DNA of 64,000 nucleotides from Catajapyx aquilonaris (lineage: Eukaryota): contig KZ538065.1 of the NCBI GenBank assembly GCA_000934665.2, forward strand, positions 62,001 through 126,000, read 5' to 3'. The position numbers and the translations under genes are program-made. The notes beneath the pieces were generated by a model. The model was given only the letters and a program-made list of their open reading frames with translations. It did no database searches and was not told where the DNA came from. Positions 1-12,500 of the stretch are shown in pieces. Position 1 is the first letter of the stretch. Every line of letters begins with the position of its first letter.

Positions 1-2780
1 AAAATTGCACAATATCTACAACCTGCGATAACCATCACTGAATGTGCACGTACTAATAATAACTGCTATTATATGAAAAAAGGATCGTGGTTAGTCTCCG
101 TGACTGAAAAAGCTAACAACGAGCAGCATCCTGTTTAACTAAACAATATGCTACGTATAGATGATTCGCACTATATCATTACTTAAATTATGAGTTGGCT
201 TCTCAGCACCGATGTGTTATTTTAGGATCACCTTCACGTTTTTTTCAGGCGCCCGGAGATTGTCTTTTTTCTCGTTATAAGGAGGTTCACTTGAGAAAAA
301 ATGATAACACAGCCAGGCATGCATGCACGTCAAACGGCCCTAAAGAAGAGTATTTTAACATGTAAAGAGAGATTTCACAAATAGCGTGAGAATCTTGCGA
401 TATCAAAAAACCACGTTTGTCCAATTCGTGGGAATATTAGATTGCAACATTGCTGATAAGACAAATTACTGCAAGCATATAAATGCAAATAACTTATTGG
501 ATAAATAACTACGCTTTGGAAAGTTCCACGTAGTACTCTAGTCATTAAAGGGTAGTCCATACTGATCAATAATGCAACAATAAATGACTGGAAAAATAGC
601 ACAAATATAGGATAGAACAAAGGCATGATGATCATCAGAGTGCAATGAGCTTTATCAGCATGCTGTCAACCTTCAATCTTGAAAATGCAACTCTACGTGC
701 CAGGAAGAAATCATGGTAAGCTTATTCTATCTTAACATGCGTAGATCTTGTAAATGATTGACTCCAGCCTCCAGCGAAACAAGAAAACCATCATGACCAT
801 GAGATCACATGTGATCATGAAAAAATCATCATGATCTGTCCCTCTAAAATAGTAGCCTGAGACGAAGTCAAATATAGGGCCTATTACAAATCCTCGGTAA
901 CAAATTTGCCAGACAAATACATACAACATTCAATGATGACATACCCTAACTCATAAAGAAATAGCGGTGTAAACCATTACCAAAAAAATTGGACAGCCTT
1001 CAGCTCTTGGCTCCAGCAGTAACCAGTTTAAAGACAGTCATCGACGAAGAGAAGAATAAATGCGACACTGAATGTTGCGATATAAGCAACAATAGTAGCC
1101 TAATATTTGGTGCTGGAGTGCAATGCCTATACTTTCTCTCTCTTGGACTGTTGATTAGGAGTGAATCCCTATAATTTTCTTAGATACGCTAAATGACAAA
1201 CCTTGCTAGCAATATTAACGAATATTTTGGCCACGGCTTAAATACAGTACTTTCGCTAAAGTAAGACGAGTGATGCATATTGATTGGTGACATTTTGCAG
1301 CTGTAATTCGGACGGCATATGAAAGCCTTCTCAAAACGATGATGTTACTGCATCATGGTCATTGTTTAAGAAATTCAGTGCACACAGTACCACAATAAAT
1401 GCTGCGGCTATTATAAACGGAGTAGCAAATAAGCTGAGCTGACTTGAAAGAAAAAAAGGATAACTTGTGCTCATGTCATACAGGTTTTCGTCAAACGCCA
1501 TTGATGCACGTGAGAATAACACCGCATGTATTTATGACATCAGAAATTGAAAATACGCCAGACAATAGCCATCACTGAAAGCTGGGAGTATAGCTTTGTA
1601 TATATTACATCGCTGAGAGTTTCCCACTGCATGTCAATTATATTGGGCTCAAGTAGTCTATATAAAATTATGAGATATTGAGAGCCTTGTTTGTACAATG
1701 AATTTGATAACGCGCCTTCGAGTCGATTCAATGCAAATGAAGGGCGTAACAATTCCGGTAAATGGCGCACTGAAGGCGACCTGGATTGTTTCGAACGTGA
1801 GCAAAACAATGAAGCCAGTTCGAGTACTCCATTATTATGGTCCACATTTGCGTAATTTCATCTAGAGGCTGTTCCAATTGAAGTGGCTAACAATACTTTA
1901 GGACTTTGCGGCAAATATTAAGCAACAATATTATTTTGTAAACCATTGCGTAAGTTATTACAACATGAGGTGCAAATGTCAGTTTGAATAGATGCACCAT
2001 TTTTTCATTTTATTTGAAGGATTTATAATGCAAAAAGCGGGTTCTGTGATGGACAGTAAGGTGCTACCCGTTAAATATGTTTTCCATAACCCCACTCATT
2101 CTAGCTGTGAACGCTTTTTGAAACCAGTGAGAGAGCATGAGTATTGCGTGACCAATTATTTTGTATGCAGAGTGTGATACCCCATAACTTATACTTTTGC
2201 AGTAATTACACCATTACCCAATACAAAATCTTACTTGTGAGTTGAGAAGCTGATTCACATGAAAGTATTCGGAGCAAGATCTAGCACTATATGTACTCAC
2301 TGAGAACTATTTGACAAACGTGTCTAATATCAACAATGTGAGGGTGGAATAGTTGTCGGTCTAGTGCAAGAGAGTTGTTAAATGTTGGCAGAGGACGTGT
2401 CAAATGCACAGGACGCAAGTACTGTACACAATAAAGCCGCTGCCTCGACATTTAGGTTTCCATGATATTTTATATCAATTTTTGTATAGATAACAGTCAG
2501 TGTGAGATATACATTTTGCCGCAGTGAATACAGATCACCGCAAGTTCCTTGATAGAGAAAAATTAAAGTACCACTACCTCAGTCGGTGCAAAAAATAATA
2601 GATTTTGCATGGTACGCCTTTAATTAGAGAGCGTTACTTGCGTTATGTAACACAAAAAAAAATCATTATCTGAATAAGGTCACGTGATGAGAATGAAGGC
2701 ATGGCTCTTAACCTTGCCCTTGCGAAAGTATCATAAACGTGCCAGAGAGCTCATTTTTTTACGCAGAATTAATGTTTTTT

Positions 2781-4479
2781 TTACGATGCCTTCCCATCAG
2801 ATTTGCGTACTCCATTCAATTTCTGAAAAAAACATGAGAAAGTTTTAGAGTTATTTAATCGCTTGATTACGGCAGTGATATGAGTTCTTACCTTCTTGGC
2901 GTTGTAAGATTCCTTGTAGAAATCGACGAACAGGAAGAAAAATGCGAGGCATGATCCGGACGACACACACGCCAGGAACACGTTGTCCTTGCAATACCCA
3001 AGGATCACCAAGCTGTCATGCCACACGACCAGCGTGAACTGTATCTGAAGGCATCAATCACATCAATCAATAGATGAAGGGGTTTATAAGTACTGGTGCA
3101 AACACTGCGATAATAGAGGAAAAACGTGCAGTTCAGCAATGATACAATATCAGATATGAATTGTTTTTTTTTTGGAATATTTTGTGAATCATATTTTACT
3201 ATGCATGACATGAAGTTTTTAAATGATACTTTCTTCATATTATCCGGTTCAATATTCCTTACGATTTGCATAAGCGTCAGGTACTTCTTCCACCACAAGT
3301 ACTTCTTGTACTCTGGTCCCAGGCAGGCCAAGGCGTAGTACAAGTACATGACTGTATGAACGAAGCAGTTGAGCAGGCCTCCGAAAGTCACGTGGCCTCC
3401 TGAAATGGCAGGAATGCGGGTTCCAGTATGTTAACGACCGGTTCGGACTTTGGGCACGCACTTTCACACTGACCTGGTCCGAATTTGACTAGAAACCACG
3501 TGACGAGTGGCATTATTGAGTGGTGGAAGACGTGGAGGAAAGACACGTTAGAGTCCTTCTTCTTCAGAACGAAGAATATCTGAGGAAATAAAATGTAATA
3601 GAGAAATTGAGATTTATTTAATTCACACTGAAGTCATTATTGTTGTGAAATATTTAGTAATAGTTAAGCAACTTAGAAAGCAAGAAATGGTATATTGAGG
3701 GTACTTACTGTGTCTCCAAAGTCAACGAATTTTGAGAAGAAATACCACCATGAGACTTCGGCCATCTAGAAAGTAAACAATATTGAAATGTTATTCCCTA
3801 CAGGGGGGAGCGCTAACTACCCTTGAATGTGGAACAAGAGCACTGAATCACCCTGTAAAAGTACGCAACAAACAAGCAAACAAATAAAAACAGACTATTA
3901 CAGTGTCACAAAATATTAAAACATAAAAGCGAATAAAAGTAAGGTAAAATAAGAACGTGTGAAAATGACATCTCATTATCCTAACACCTACTTTTATATC
4001 CTTGGGACTGTAGGAGACGGAAAATGTCTGGCATGTGTAGGAATAGTCAAAGAGCCATCCATATGAAAGGAACTGAAAACAAGGATATAAATTTAGCCCT
4101 GAAGGTTCACTGGTGTTGTTGCACAATATCTCCGTACCCCATAAAACATCCACAAACTGAAGACAGCCTGGAAAATGTTGAACCAGAAGATGATCTGCTT
4201 GAGATCGTATGGTTTCCTGCCTTGCATGAACCGAGGTCCACTGACTTTGACAATGTAGACATAAACCAATGTCAAGAGCACCGTCGGCCATGGCGAGGAC
4301 ACAAAGAGCCAGTCTTGAGATCGAGGATCTGTCGGCGGAAGTGGGTCACACCCGTACACATTAAGTGGCAGCCGGGTAATTGCACATTTGTCATAATATT
4401 GTGTGCACTCTATCTCACCTGAGTTCTTCTCCAGCACCTCATGGTATTCGTCCACTACTTGTCTCACCAGCTGTGACAT
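2781..4479 (-). CDS. ELOVL: Fatty acid elongase (ELO family, ELOVL1/7-like), paralog 1; 8 coding exons, 275 aa
   Basis: Hand-spliced exons, all GT-AG: 4419-4479, 4138-4328, 3992-4072, 3709-3765, 3474-3579, 3263-3399, 2892-3044, 2781-2822 = 828 nt, open frame. Motifs: DPRSQDWLFVSSPWP, KFVDFGDT, FLHVFHHSIMP, NCFVHTVMYLYY, YLWWKKYLTLMQIIQF, FLFVDFY; ends KSDGKAS*. Confidence 0.95.
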
Positions 4480-7400
4480 GTTGGCTGATCACTGTCGAGC
4501 ACAGATCCTGGAAAGAACAGTGTGAAGGATCATTTATATGGTTTGTGTTATCAAAAGTACTCCGCAAGCTAGTAAGATAAGAGATAAGTATTGCATCACT
4601 GCAGTGTGACATGTGTTTGTTTTTTAAATACCAGAAATGCGCGTTCGACTTCCTTATTAATGAATAATTGTACATTATGTTCAATTCAATATTCAATTTA
4701 ATTCAATTCAATGTTCAACGAAATACTCGTTGCATTACGAAAAACAGTGCATTGTTGATACAAAATAATGTAATTAGTGGAAGGGAAAATTAATTCATTT
4801 TGAATTGAAACTATGCATGTTGTTAGGTAATAAAAGACGTCGCATACACATTAAATGCTGAATGACATCATGCAAAACGTTAATAAAACACACCACAGTC
4901 TGACTGTCAATTATTACATAAGATTACAATTGTCCATATAAAAGTTTGAGTACATAATTTTTATCTCACTGCAGGTTGTGGAGTACAGTGTATTCGAACC
5001 ATCAAGGATCCGATAAATCAGTTCGTTAATTCAGCATATCTTGGTCCACTTGCTCTATGCGGGGATAGGGTGACACAACCACTTGTTTATACCAGAGGAC
5101 CTTCAGCTCACGCCACCTATTCCGACTATTGACACATTGGAACGATGAGTTTCACATGATGGTCTGGCATTGTCAGTTTTGAAATTTGAATAATGGACGC
5201 GCGAGAGGGTGACAAATGGTTTTCTTTGTGTCATTCTATGTACGTACACTCGCAGTACTTTGTTGGAGATAGAATCACGCACTCGGGCTGTATGGACTAA
5301 TATGAAGATTTAATATTTTCCTAGAACATGCCATTTTATACACACATAGTGAATAGTGATATAAAGACAGAATTTTCCCTGAAAACTAACGCAAAACCAT
5401 GTTTTTCTCACGAACAACTAATATAAGGTACTGTACGTATGCTCGAGTATTTCATAAACATGTAAGTTTATAAAAAAATTCAGACATCCAAGGTCATGGA
5501 TTTTGCTTCCGGTGTACTGTATTTTGGGAGAAATGTGCAAATATTTTCAAGAAAATAAAATTCCCCTGCGCTGGTTATATGAAATGGTATTCAAGACATG
5601 CATGCAAACCTAAGAGACATTTCCTTCTCAAAAATTTAGATTTAAATATGCGCAAAAACCCTATATGACGTAAACAGCGAGAACTATATGCACACTGCAT
5701 TCTCTATGCAACCTCTACTGCAAAAAATATTTTTAAAATAACGTGAAAATTGCGAAAATGAGATTTTTAAATATTTCTCAGGCGAAAATTCACACTCTTT
5801 GATGTACGTATTCTTGAAGCAATAATTAAAAATTTACAACTTTCCTGATGTATAATTATGTACTGTAAGTTCTACAACAGAGCGAAGCAGAGCTCTGGCT
5901 ACCACGGAGCAAAATTAAATATGAACATTGCCTTTTTTTACTTCAATAGCACATTGACATAGAGGGATTCTCCTGCAAAAATAAAACAGTTTAGCTATAG
6001 GCTTATTTTGGGGAGATCGATGTTTATTTACTAAAGTAAATCAATATATTGCCCCAAGAATTATTGAGCTTTAGACCAAGTATTAGACATGTGCATCATG
6101 CAAGTGAATCACCAGGCGGAGCTACACAAATCTAATCATCAGGTGTTCAGCTCACGCCGTTTCTTTATCTCAATTTGCTCGGAACCTTGCTCTTGAAAAG
6201 TGCTGATCAGCAATTGTCAACATATCCTGCGAACCACCTGGCACAATTAATGAGACAGGTTCAACCAACCTCAACATATAAGCTCAGTCCTATTATTACT
6301 CGCGAATAAATTTTCCACATCGGCTATTATAATTGTGGTGTCAAGAGAGACCGTACGAGACAGTCCTTTTAAGCAGACATGTCTGTTTTACATCTACTTA
6401 TTCCTGTCACACAGCCGGAGACGAAGCATTTGTCGGTGTCTCACTGCGGGTTTGCAGACTATATGAGACTAGCATTTAAATTGTCACGACGAATTGCAAT
6501 GCTGCAAGTCTGAGACGGTTGACTAAAATATATCCGAATTATGAAACAGTGCTGAATCTAAAAAGGTCATCCAAAACAAACTTGTGAATCATATACCGGT
6601 AGTGGTAAGACATATTCTATTCCAAATCAGTCCCATGCACTTAGTATTTAAATACCAGGTAAGCACGCTAATAATATTACGTGTCTAATTCTTCACAGCA
6701 TCATTGCCACATTCGTTTAAAGAAATTTTCGGCCGCCCATAATAATAGACACTCCAACCAGAATAAAAGTTATCTGTTTATGCTTTTCTGAACACCCTTT
6801 CTAAACAGGCCATTTGGCGACACATCATTCAATATATTCGTGAAAGAAAACCGGTACCGAACAATAACACGCCACGTGACTCCGATTACCATCCTCTCAA
6901 AAAAACCCTTTCGCAACATAATTCTGCGGAACACCCCTGCCTCGTATTCAACCTTGCAGAGGACGGCAATACCTTCTCAAAAATTAGGTAACTGGTACAC
7001 AACCAGCTTGTGTGGCAACAACGCGCAGCTCATTGAACCCTCAGGTATGTTCTCACCTGTCCTGCTCTGATCTGATTTTGATGTCAGCCCAGCCTGCACA
7101 TAAGGAGTCTCCAGACCAAATCACGCCATGGTCAGGCGTTGCATCCCATCCGGCGTCTGCGCAGAATAGTTAGCCAATATTCGCAAAATATTCTCCCCCA
7201 CGACTTCCGCTGACCCCCCCCCCCTCCCTCCATCAAAACAGCAGGATCCGCACCGGTTAAATTGTTTTTGTTGGGCTAAAAAACCGCTATGTGTTGATAT
7301 GAAACCCGGTTGGAAAACGGTACGAATCGAGGTGAAGGTTGGTTGGACGTTGCGTAAGTTCGCGGGACGAAAGTGACACTACTTGTGTAGTGGTGAAGGT

Positions 7401-7540
7401 CAGCCGGTCTTACAAACCCCGTTACGATTTGAGATTGGCTGAAGAAATAAATAAACTGCAAACCCCCTTTCTTTCAAAATGTGAACAGCCGCTCGACCCG
7501 TTTTCACTTACCCCCCAACTCCTTTCAACGTGAGTTTATT

Positions 7541-7566
7541 ACACACACACACACACACACACACAC
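7541..7566. repeat. (AC)13 microsatellite
   Basis: Direct reading. Confidence 0.95.
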
Positions 7567-7799
7567 CCCGTGATCATACCAGCTGTTTTGGATGGTTCGT
7601 GACTATGATGTTATGTGGGGTTCGGTAGTGATGACCTCGTGTTTACTACGTGACTCTTGGGGTCGAGCATAGTGATAAATTAGAGACACTTGATAGAAAA
7701 GGAAGTCGCGATTGCCTTTTCAAGTACGGGCTTGTACAGATGAGTTAATCTCGCAACAATATACGAGTTCAGTTAATTTACTTTGTGGTCAATCCCTCT

Positions 7800-7802
<3 letters not shown>

Positions 7803-7860
<58 letters not shown>
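7803..7860. repeat. (AAT)19 microsatellite
   Basis: Direct reading. Confidence 0.95.
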
Positions 7861-9521
7861 GCAACAACAATTTTTGGAACGATACAGTTGTTTATTTCAG
7901 AGTATAAAATTACAGAGCTGAATAATAACACACATTTGCTCTATGTCACCGTATAACAATTGGCATTTTAAAGTGCGACAGCCCAGAGAGTAAAACCATT
8001 TCCATAGTAAAGAAACATTTTTGTAATAACATTCATAAAGACACACTGAATTGCCGAGTGTGTAAGCGTCTTTTTTTCTGCTAAAAATTTCAAGTGGGAA
8101 ATATTTTGGGTCAATAATGGTCTAGAATATTGCAGATAGCCAGTTTCTGGAAGAAAACCTTTCTGTAGTTCATATGTACACAATGAAGTAAGAAGGTTCA
8201 CAATACAAGCATTACGATAAATGCACTGGTAATTGTGACAAAAGTTATTAATTGATTGGTCACAATACCTTACATGAACATAAGGCACTTTATGACATTA
8301 CAGGTTAAAATAGATTCTTTTGCTCGTTACATCAGTTTCAAATCCTTATTGTGCTGAAATACGTGCAGTCAGCCTTTAACACACAAACTGTCTTGGTGAA
8401 CTGTTGATATAAATAAACTGCCATTTTCATGCAAATGGCAACATAATTACTGACGTGTACTGCGTACTGTGCATACGTATCAGAATTGTACAACCATAAT
8501 ATCTTAACCATGTGCAACAACGATGCAGTCCATTAGCATAAGTACTTTATCAGTTCATCGGTTTTTGTGAAATTATAAGATAGTCATTATTTTGGGACGT
8601 GGCTATATAAATCAAACATTTGCAGGGCTTTTTCATAACATTATCCATAGAAAAGTTGAACATGCTTTGACTTCAATCACCTTCACAATTACTGCAGGGT
8701 AGTCTGAAAAATAAGAAAAACTATGACTCAATGCAAGAATAACAGCACCATTTCGCTCTATGTACAGTATTACCTGTCTTGAACATGTGATACTTCCACA
8801 GGAAGAATGCAGTAGAATATTTGGAATATTTCAAATTGTAACAAAGAACTTCATAATTCGGAACAGGTTTGTATGGAAAATAACTAAGGATCATGTGTTT
8901 ATCCGGCAAGTGTACATCACTTACATCGGAATTCCTGCAATGGCAAATCATTTGGCGTCAAGTGAAATCAAGGTTACATATCGCGGTACTGTACTGCATG
9001 CACAGCCCTTGTATTATCATGATATGAAATAAAATATGTATCGCTTGGTTGAAATAGTGCAGATAATGCAGTAAGCCCATTTTGGCAGCCATAAACAAGA
9101 GCCTCGTCCTTGGATTGCACACGTACCATTGGCGTTGCTCGTACGTCATACTCTGTAACATTCATGACAGTCGAGCAATTGAAGGAAACAAATATATGTA
9201 TACGGAGCCTGGAAATCCATTAGTTGCATAAGGGATACATTTTTCATATGATGGATCTTGTTGGTTCACTAGCACCTTTGACGTCAGAAAACTATGGCTG
9301 CGTGCAGACATTCGTGCAACTCTGATCCGCCCAGCCAAAACTGTTTGCAGTGGAAGAAAAGAAATACTGTTCGTGAAGCCAAGGAGTGCTTCGTTTTGAA
9401 ACCCAGAGTCGCACCGGAGTCTTGTCATTCTTGACTTCTCCATGATGATGACACGATGTGGCCATCCAGCAATCATGCCCACGAGTTGAAGCACTTAAAA
9501 CATCACTGAACGAAATAAAGT

Positions 9522-12500
9522 CTACGCCATCTTCCTCTGGACAAGGTTTCCATAGGAATTGGCCATGTGGTACATCTCCCGGATGACTTGCATTCTTCGG
9601 CTGGAAATACTGATGTCTTTGGCAACACCGTTGCTTTGAGCGACCACAGGCTTCGGGCTGGCCTCCAGCTGCTGCGAGGGACAAATTATGCCATTAAAAT
9701 TTTATTAAATGTTTCAGGAGAATGTTGGATTCAATGGCGATAAGGATCACTTACCGGCTGTCGCCTGGGCCTCCTGTACTCGTTGTGGTAAAAGTTGAGG
9801 AAAAACACCATGACTACTGTAGTTTGCAGCAAGAACCACAAGACCAGGAATTGCGGGTAGTCGCAACGGATGAATAAGAGTTGAGCAGTATGCAGTAAGA
9901 TGAGCACGAACTGAGCCTAGAAAAAGAATTTCACAGCATGAGTGACAGATCACACCATTTCACAACTTCTGCTGCAATCAGCATCCGGAACAATGCAACC
10001 ACCTGAACAACACCCATGACAAGTCGTGCTCAGTTCAGGAAGCTTTGCTTTGCTAGCATTATTTTTCAAAACTTGGATGAACCTTGTTATGTAGGTTATG
10101 GGTTTGGCCTAATATTTCTTCTACTGATTAAGCTGAGATTAAGTGAACTTCTTGCTGGAGAGAAACGTGTAAATCTACATGAGTAAGAATTTATTCCCTA
10201 AAGGCAGGCATTTACCAGCTTACTTTGTACCTCAGTTTTCAATTATTATTGTAGGAAATTAATTGTGCATTTAAAAAATTACACACTTACGAGCATGCAT
10301 CAATAATATTAAATAAGGTGTCTAAGCCTAGCCAATACATACCAGCTGCATGGTAGTTAGATATTTCTTCCACCACAAGTACTGCTTGTATTGTGGACCA
10401 AGTGCAGCGATGAGATAATAACTGTACATGAAGATGTGCACAAAGCAGTTGAGCAGACCGATGAAAGTGGTATGGCCACCTGAAATTAATTATTTTAAAA
10501 ATGTTGTAAATATAGAGAAGATTCAATAATGCATAATGCACTTGAATTAAAAGATTGATAAACTATTTATTATAAACTGCATTTAGACAGGAAGACAACA
10601 AACATGTGGATATGCAAATAGAGTAGGCTAATGTCTTTTTTGATCCATTCTAAAAAGTGTTCAAGCCACCTCGTTTACAGTAGAAATGTGTAAGGCAGGT
10701 ATCATCGTCTTACCGTTAGATTACTCTTTATGTTTCGCAATATTATAATAACAGTCTGGACATAATTGTGCATACTACAGTAAAACGGAAGGATTTGTGG
10801 AGAGAAATATTACAGTTATGAGCAAAAAGTTCGAGTACCAACCAGTAGGGGGAAAACGTGCAAGACTCTGACTCTGAGTTCACCTTTCTACCACAGAGAT
10901 GGCGCTAGACTTTACACAAACAACACGACATTAAAACTACGCATTTCTAATATATTTTCAGACAAGTTTTCGAAACTTCAACATGTTACAGGTCTGGTAA
11001 AGACCCACGTTATCAGTTTTGTACCATTCTTTTGTACTGTTGTATTGTGTAGAGAAATATACTCTACTTTTTAACATTATTATCAATGTGTGTCTGTGTA
11101 TTGTGCAAAGTGGTATAATATAAAAGTGCGCACCTTCAAATTTAGATTCCTTGCGCATTTCTAAGCAGTAATTGAACTAATTAGTTCTAGGTGACATAAT
11201 GCTAACGACGGGATGATTGCATGAATATTTTTATACAAGAACATACGGTACTGTACCAGTGGGAATGATGGAAAATATCCTGTGGAATAGACTCATTCGA
11301 GGCATTGCAAGCGCGGCTGGCTGGTGGGTGGCACAACGCGCAGGATGATCTCAGAGTTATCCGCAATGTTTTGCAAAACCAGATGCATGCAAATATTTAA
11401 ATAACATATCCTAAATGGATAGGATCATGTACAGCTGCTTTTTCGCTGGAAATTCGCGAGAAATGCAATTATCCGACAATCCGACAGGAGGTGCCAACCC
11501 TTATCATCGCCCTCCTTTGCGCCAAGTATTCTTACTGTACTAAAACCTGAAAAGCAATATTTTTTATAGTAATAGTGTGTTAGAAATGGAATATTAATCA
11601 CTGTTCGGGACAGTTTTCTAATAGATGAATAAAAGCATTTTAGAAATGATTGAAAAACTGAAACTCTAAAAAGGATAATCAGTCGTCTAATATTATTATT
11701 TCAAACCTTCCAGTCTTGATATTGACTTTTGCTTACGGAGTACGGTGGCAATTACGGTCACTTGTTACAAAATTGTAAGTACTCTATGCATGGAATACTC
11801 TGTGTATCACCCCATATAAGGATAGAAACCTTGCTTGACGGATGACAGACCCTTCAGGACATTCCCATCAGGCCTAGAAGCAATGGTAGATTAAGTACGG
11901 TACTCAGAAATTAAACCCAAATTAAAGGATACGACGCATTTTGGTTTTACAATATAGACAAGGAATGCCTCGGTCTGAAGCCATTTGCCACCATATTATA
12001 ATTGCACAGGATGTTGCAATATATTGCACTTATCCTTAGAGTTAGCGATTTTGCCACTTATCTGCTTATTTTCAAACACATTCGATATTTTGTAGGGAAT
12101 TGTTAGGTCAGGGTCTTAAAGAGCTGAGTATTGTATATTTCGGAGTATAGTGGTTATAAAATGTATTAGCTGCTATCATCAGGCTGAATTGAAATGAATA
12201 TTCGATTTGGAATGGCCCATTTTAACAATATTGCAATAGAACTTCAGTGATATAACCTTTTTTATTATCTCAGGCCAGACCTCTTTCAGGCCTTTAAAAA
12301 ATGAGTCTACTCGACCCAAGATTAGCAGCTAACACTTTTGATAGCAAGTAATATGTAGGCCTAAGTGCTTAAAATAAGAAATTAAGTGTAAAAATCTCCA
12401 AAACAATTTTCTAAACGAACCAATAATTTGTATATTTCGCACAAACTAGGAATTAATAAATGAAGTAAAAGAACTGCGTCACAAAACTTAACGAAACAGC

